Of a stretch of DNA of 64,000 bases, positions 63,271 to 64,000 are shown in pieces. Source of the stretch: Lama guanicoe (Eukaryota); contig MU053416.1 of NCBI GenBank assembly GCA_013239625.1, positions 315,496 through 379,495 of the forward strand, written 5' to 3'. Each line of letters opens with the position of its first letter. Within the stretch, counting starts at the first letter, position 1. The notes below the pieces were generated by a model. It did no database searches. It was not told where the DNA came from and worked only from the letters and a program-made list of their open reading frames with translations. Position numbers and translations under genes: made by a program.

Positions 63271-64000
63271 TGTCCTGTGACAGCCTCATCCCTTTGCTTA
63301 TAGATGAGATGCTGAATCCCGTGATGCAGAATGAGGTGCTGGTTGAGCTGGGGGAGGAATCGGTGTCTCCTGCCTCCCAGGCCCAGCACCTGCACAGCTC
63401 AGGCCCTCTCTTCCTATCTGACAGCCACCCTGCCAAGTTAGGACATCAGAAACACCGCCAGAGACTTCTGAAAGAAGTCCTTACGCAGGTAAAGGCGTAT
63501 CACAGAGTATGGGACAGAGCAGGGAAAGGTTCATCCTCACTTTGTCCCTGTGATTAAGTCAACGTCCCCACTTTGCCTCAGAAGGGCAGATGAGCTCTTC
63601 TGGGCTGCCTACCCCTCCCACCTTCTGCTCTGTTTCCCTGTGTATCTATCGTGCTTTTCCTCGGGCAGAAGAGGGTGAGATGCCTTTGCCAAGATGCGGT
63701 CCCCCTTTGCTGGGGAGAGTGAGGGAAGCTGTGTCCCCCCTGCCTATGGCCTTGGGCCTTGAGTCTGGAGAGCGCTCAAGGTGGTCCCACAGGTGACGGT
63801 CGGGGGACCTGACATGTGCTGCCGTGCCCGCTGTTGAGGCGGTGCTCTGTGATTCCTGAACTTACCTAATATCAAATCCTACTTTCCGGTTGTTGGTAAG
63901 TTGGAGGAGAAGATGCCAGAGAATTGGTAAAAGAAAGTCCAGACCAGCCCTGTGAATGAGAGGCATAGGGGACCTGAGTCCCACCTGTATGTTGTGCCTG

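Overview
Mammalian, repeat-rich genomic DNA, almost certainly camelid, as judged by several tRNA-Ala-derived Vic-1-type SINEs. The window has no intact protein-coding gene. It carries decayed but still intron-flanked (unprocessed) copies of TRAPPC9/NIBP exons, all on the + strand but out of order. The 27-nt micro-exon 5 (7043-7069), exon 6 (15090-15209) and exon 7 (21953-22079) come first. They are followed about 33 kb later by an eroded CpG island with a candidate exon 1 donor (~55.5-56.2 kb) and by the ATG-bearing exon 2 (62139-62711). This fits a head-to-tail segmental amplification of the 5' part of TRAPPC9. Between the two exon groups lies a 16.6-kb nested retroelement block. Its host is a minus-strand MER4-group-like ERV1 provirus (LTRs 25841-26334 and 41980-42473). 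Inside it are a plus-strand, internally deleted HERV-E-like provirus with a tRNA-Thr PBS (28391-33190) and a young L1 (34296-39052). The outer provirus lacks a normal 4-6 bp target-site duplication and is instead flanked by a ~510-bp direct duplication whose ends coincide with the LTR termini. The rest is L1 fragments, solo LTRs with clean TSDs, SINEs, MIR/L2 and DNA-transposon MITEs. Exon numbering and protein comparisons rely on my recollection of human TRAPPC9, and the divergence figures are hand counts.
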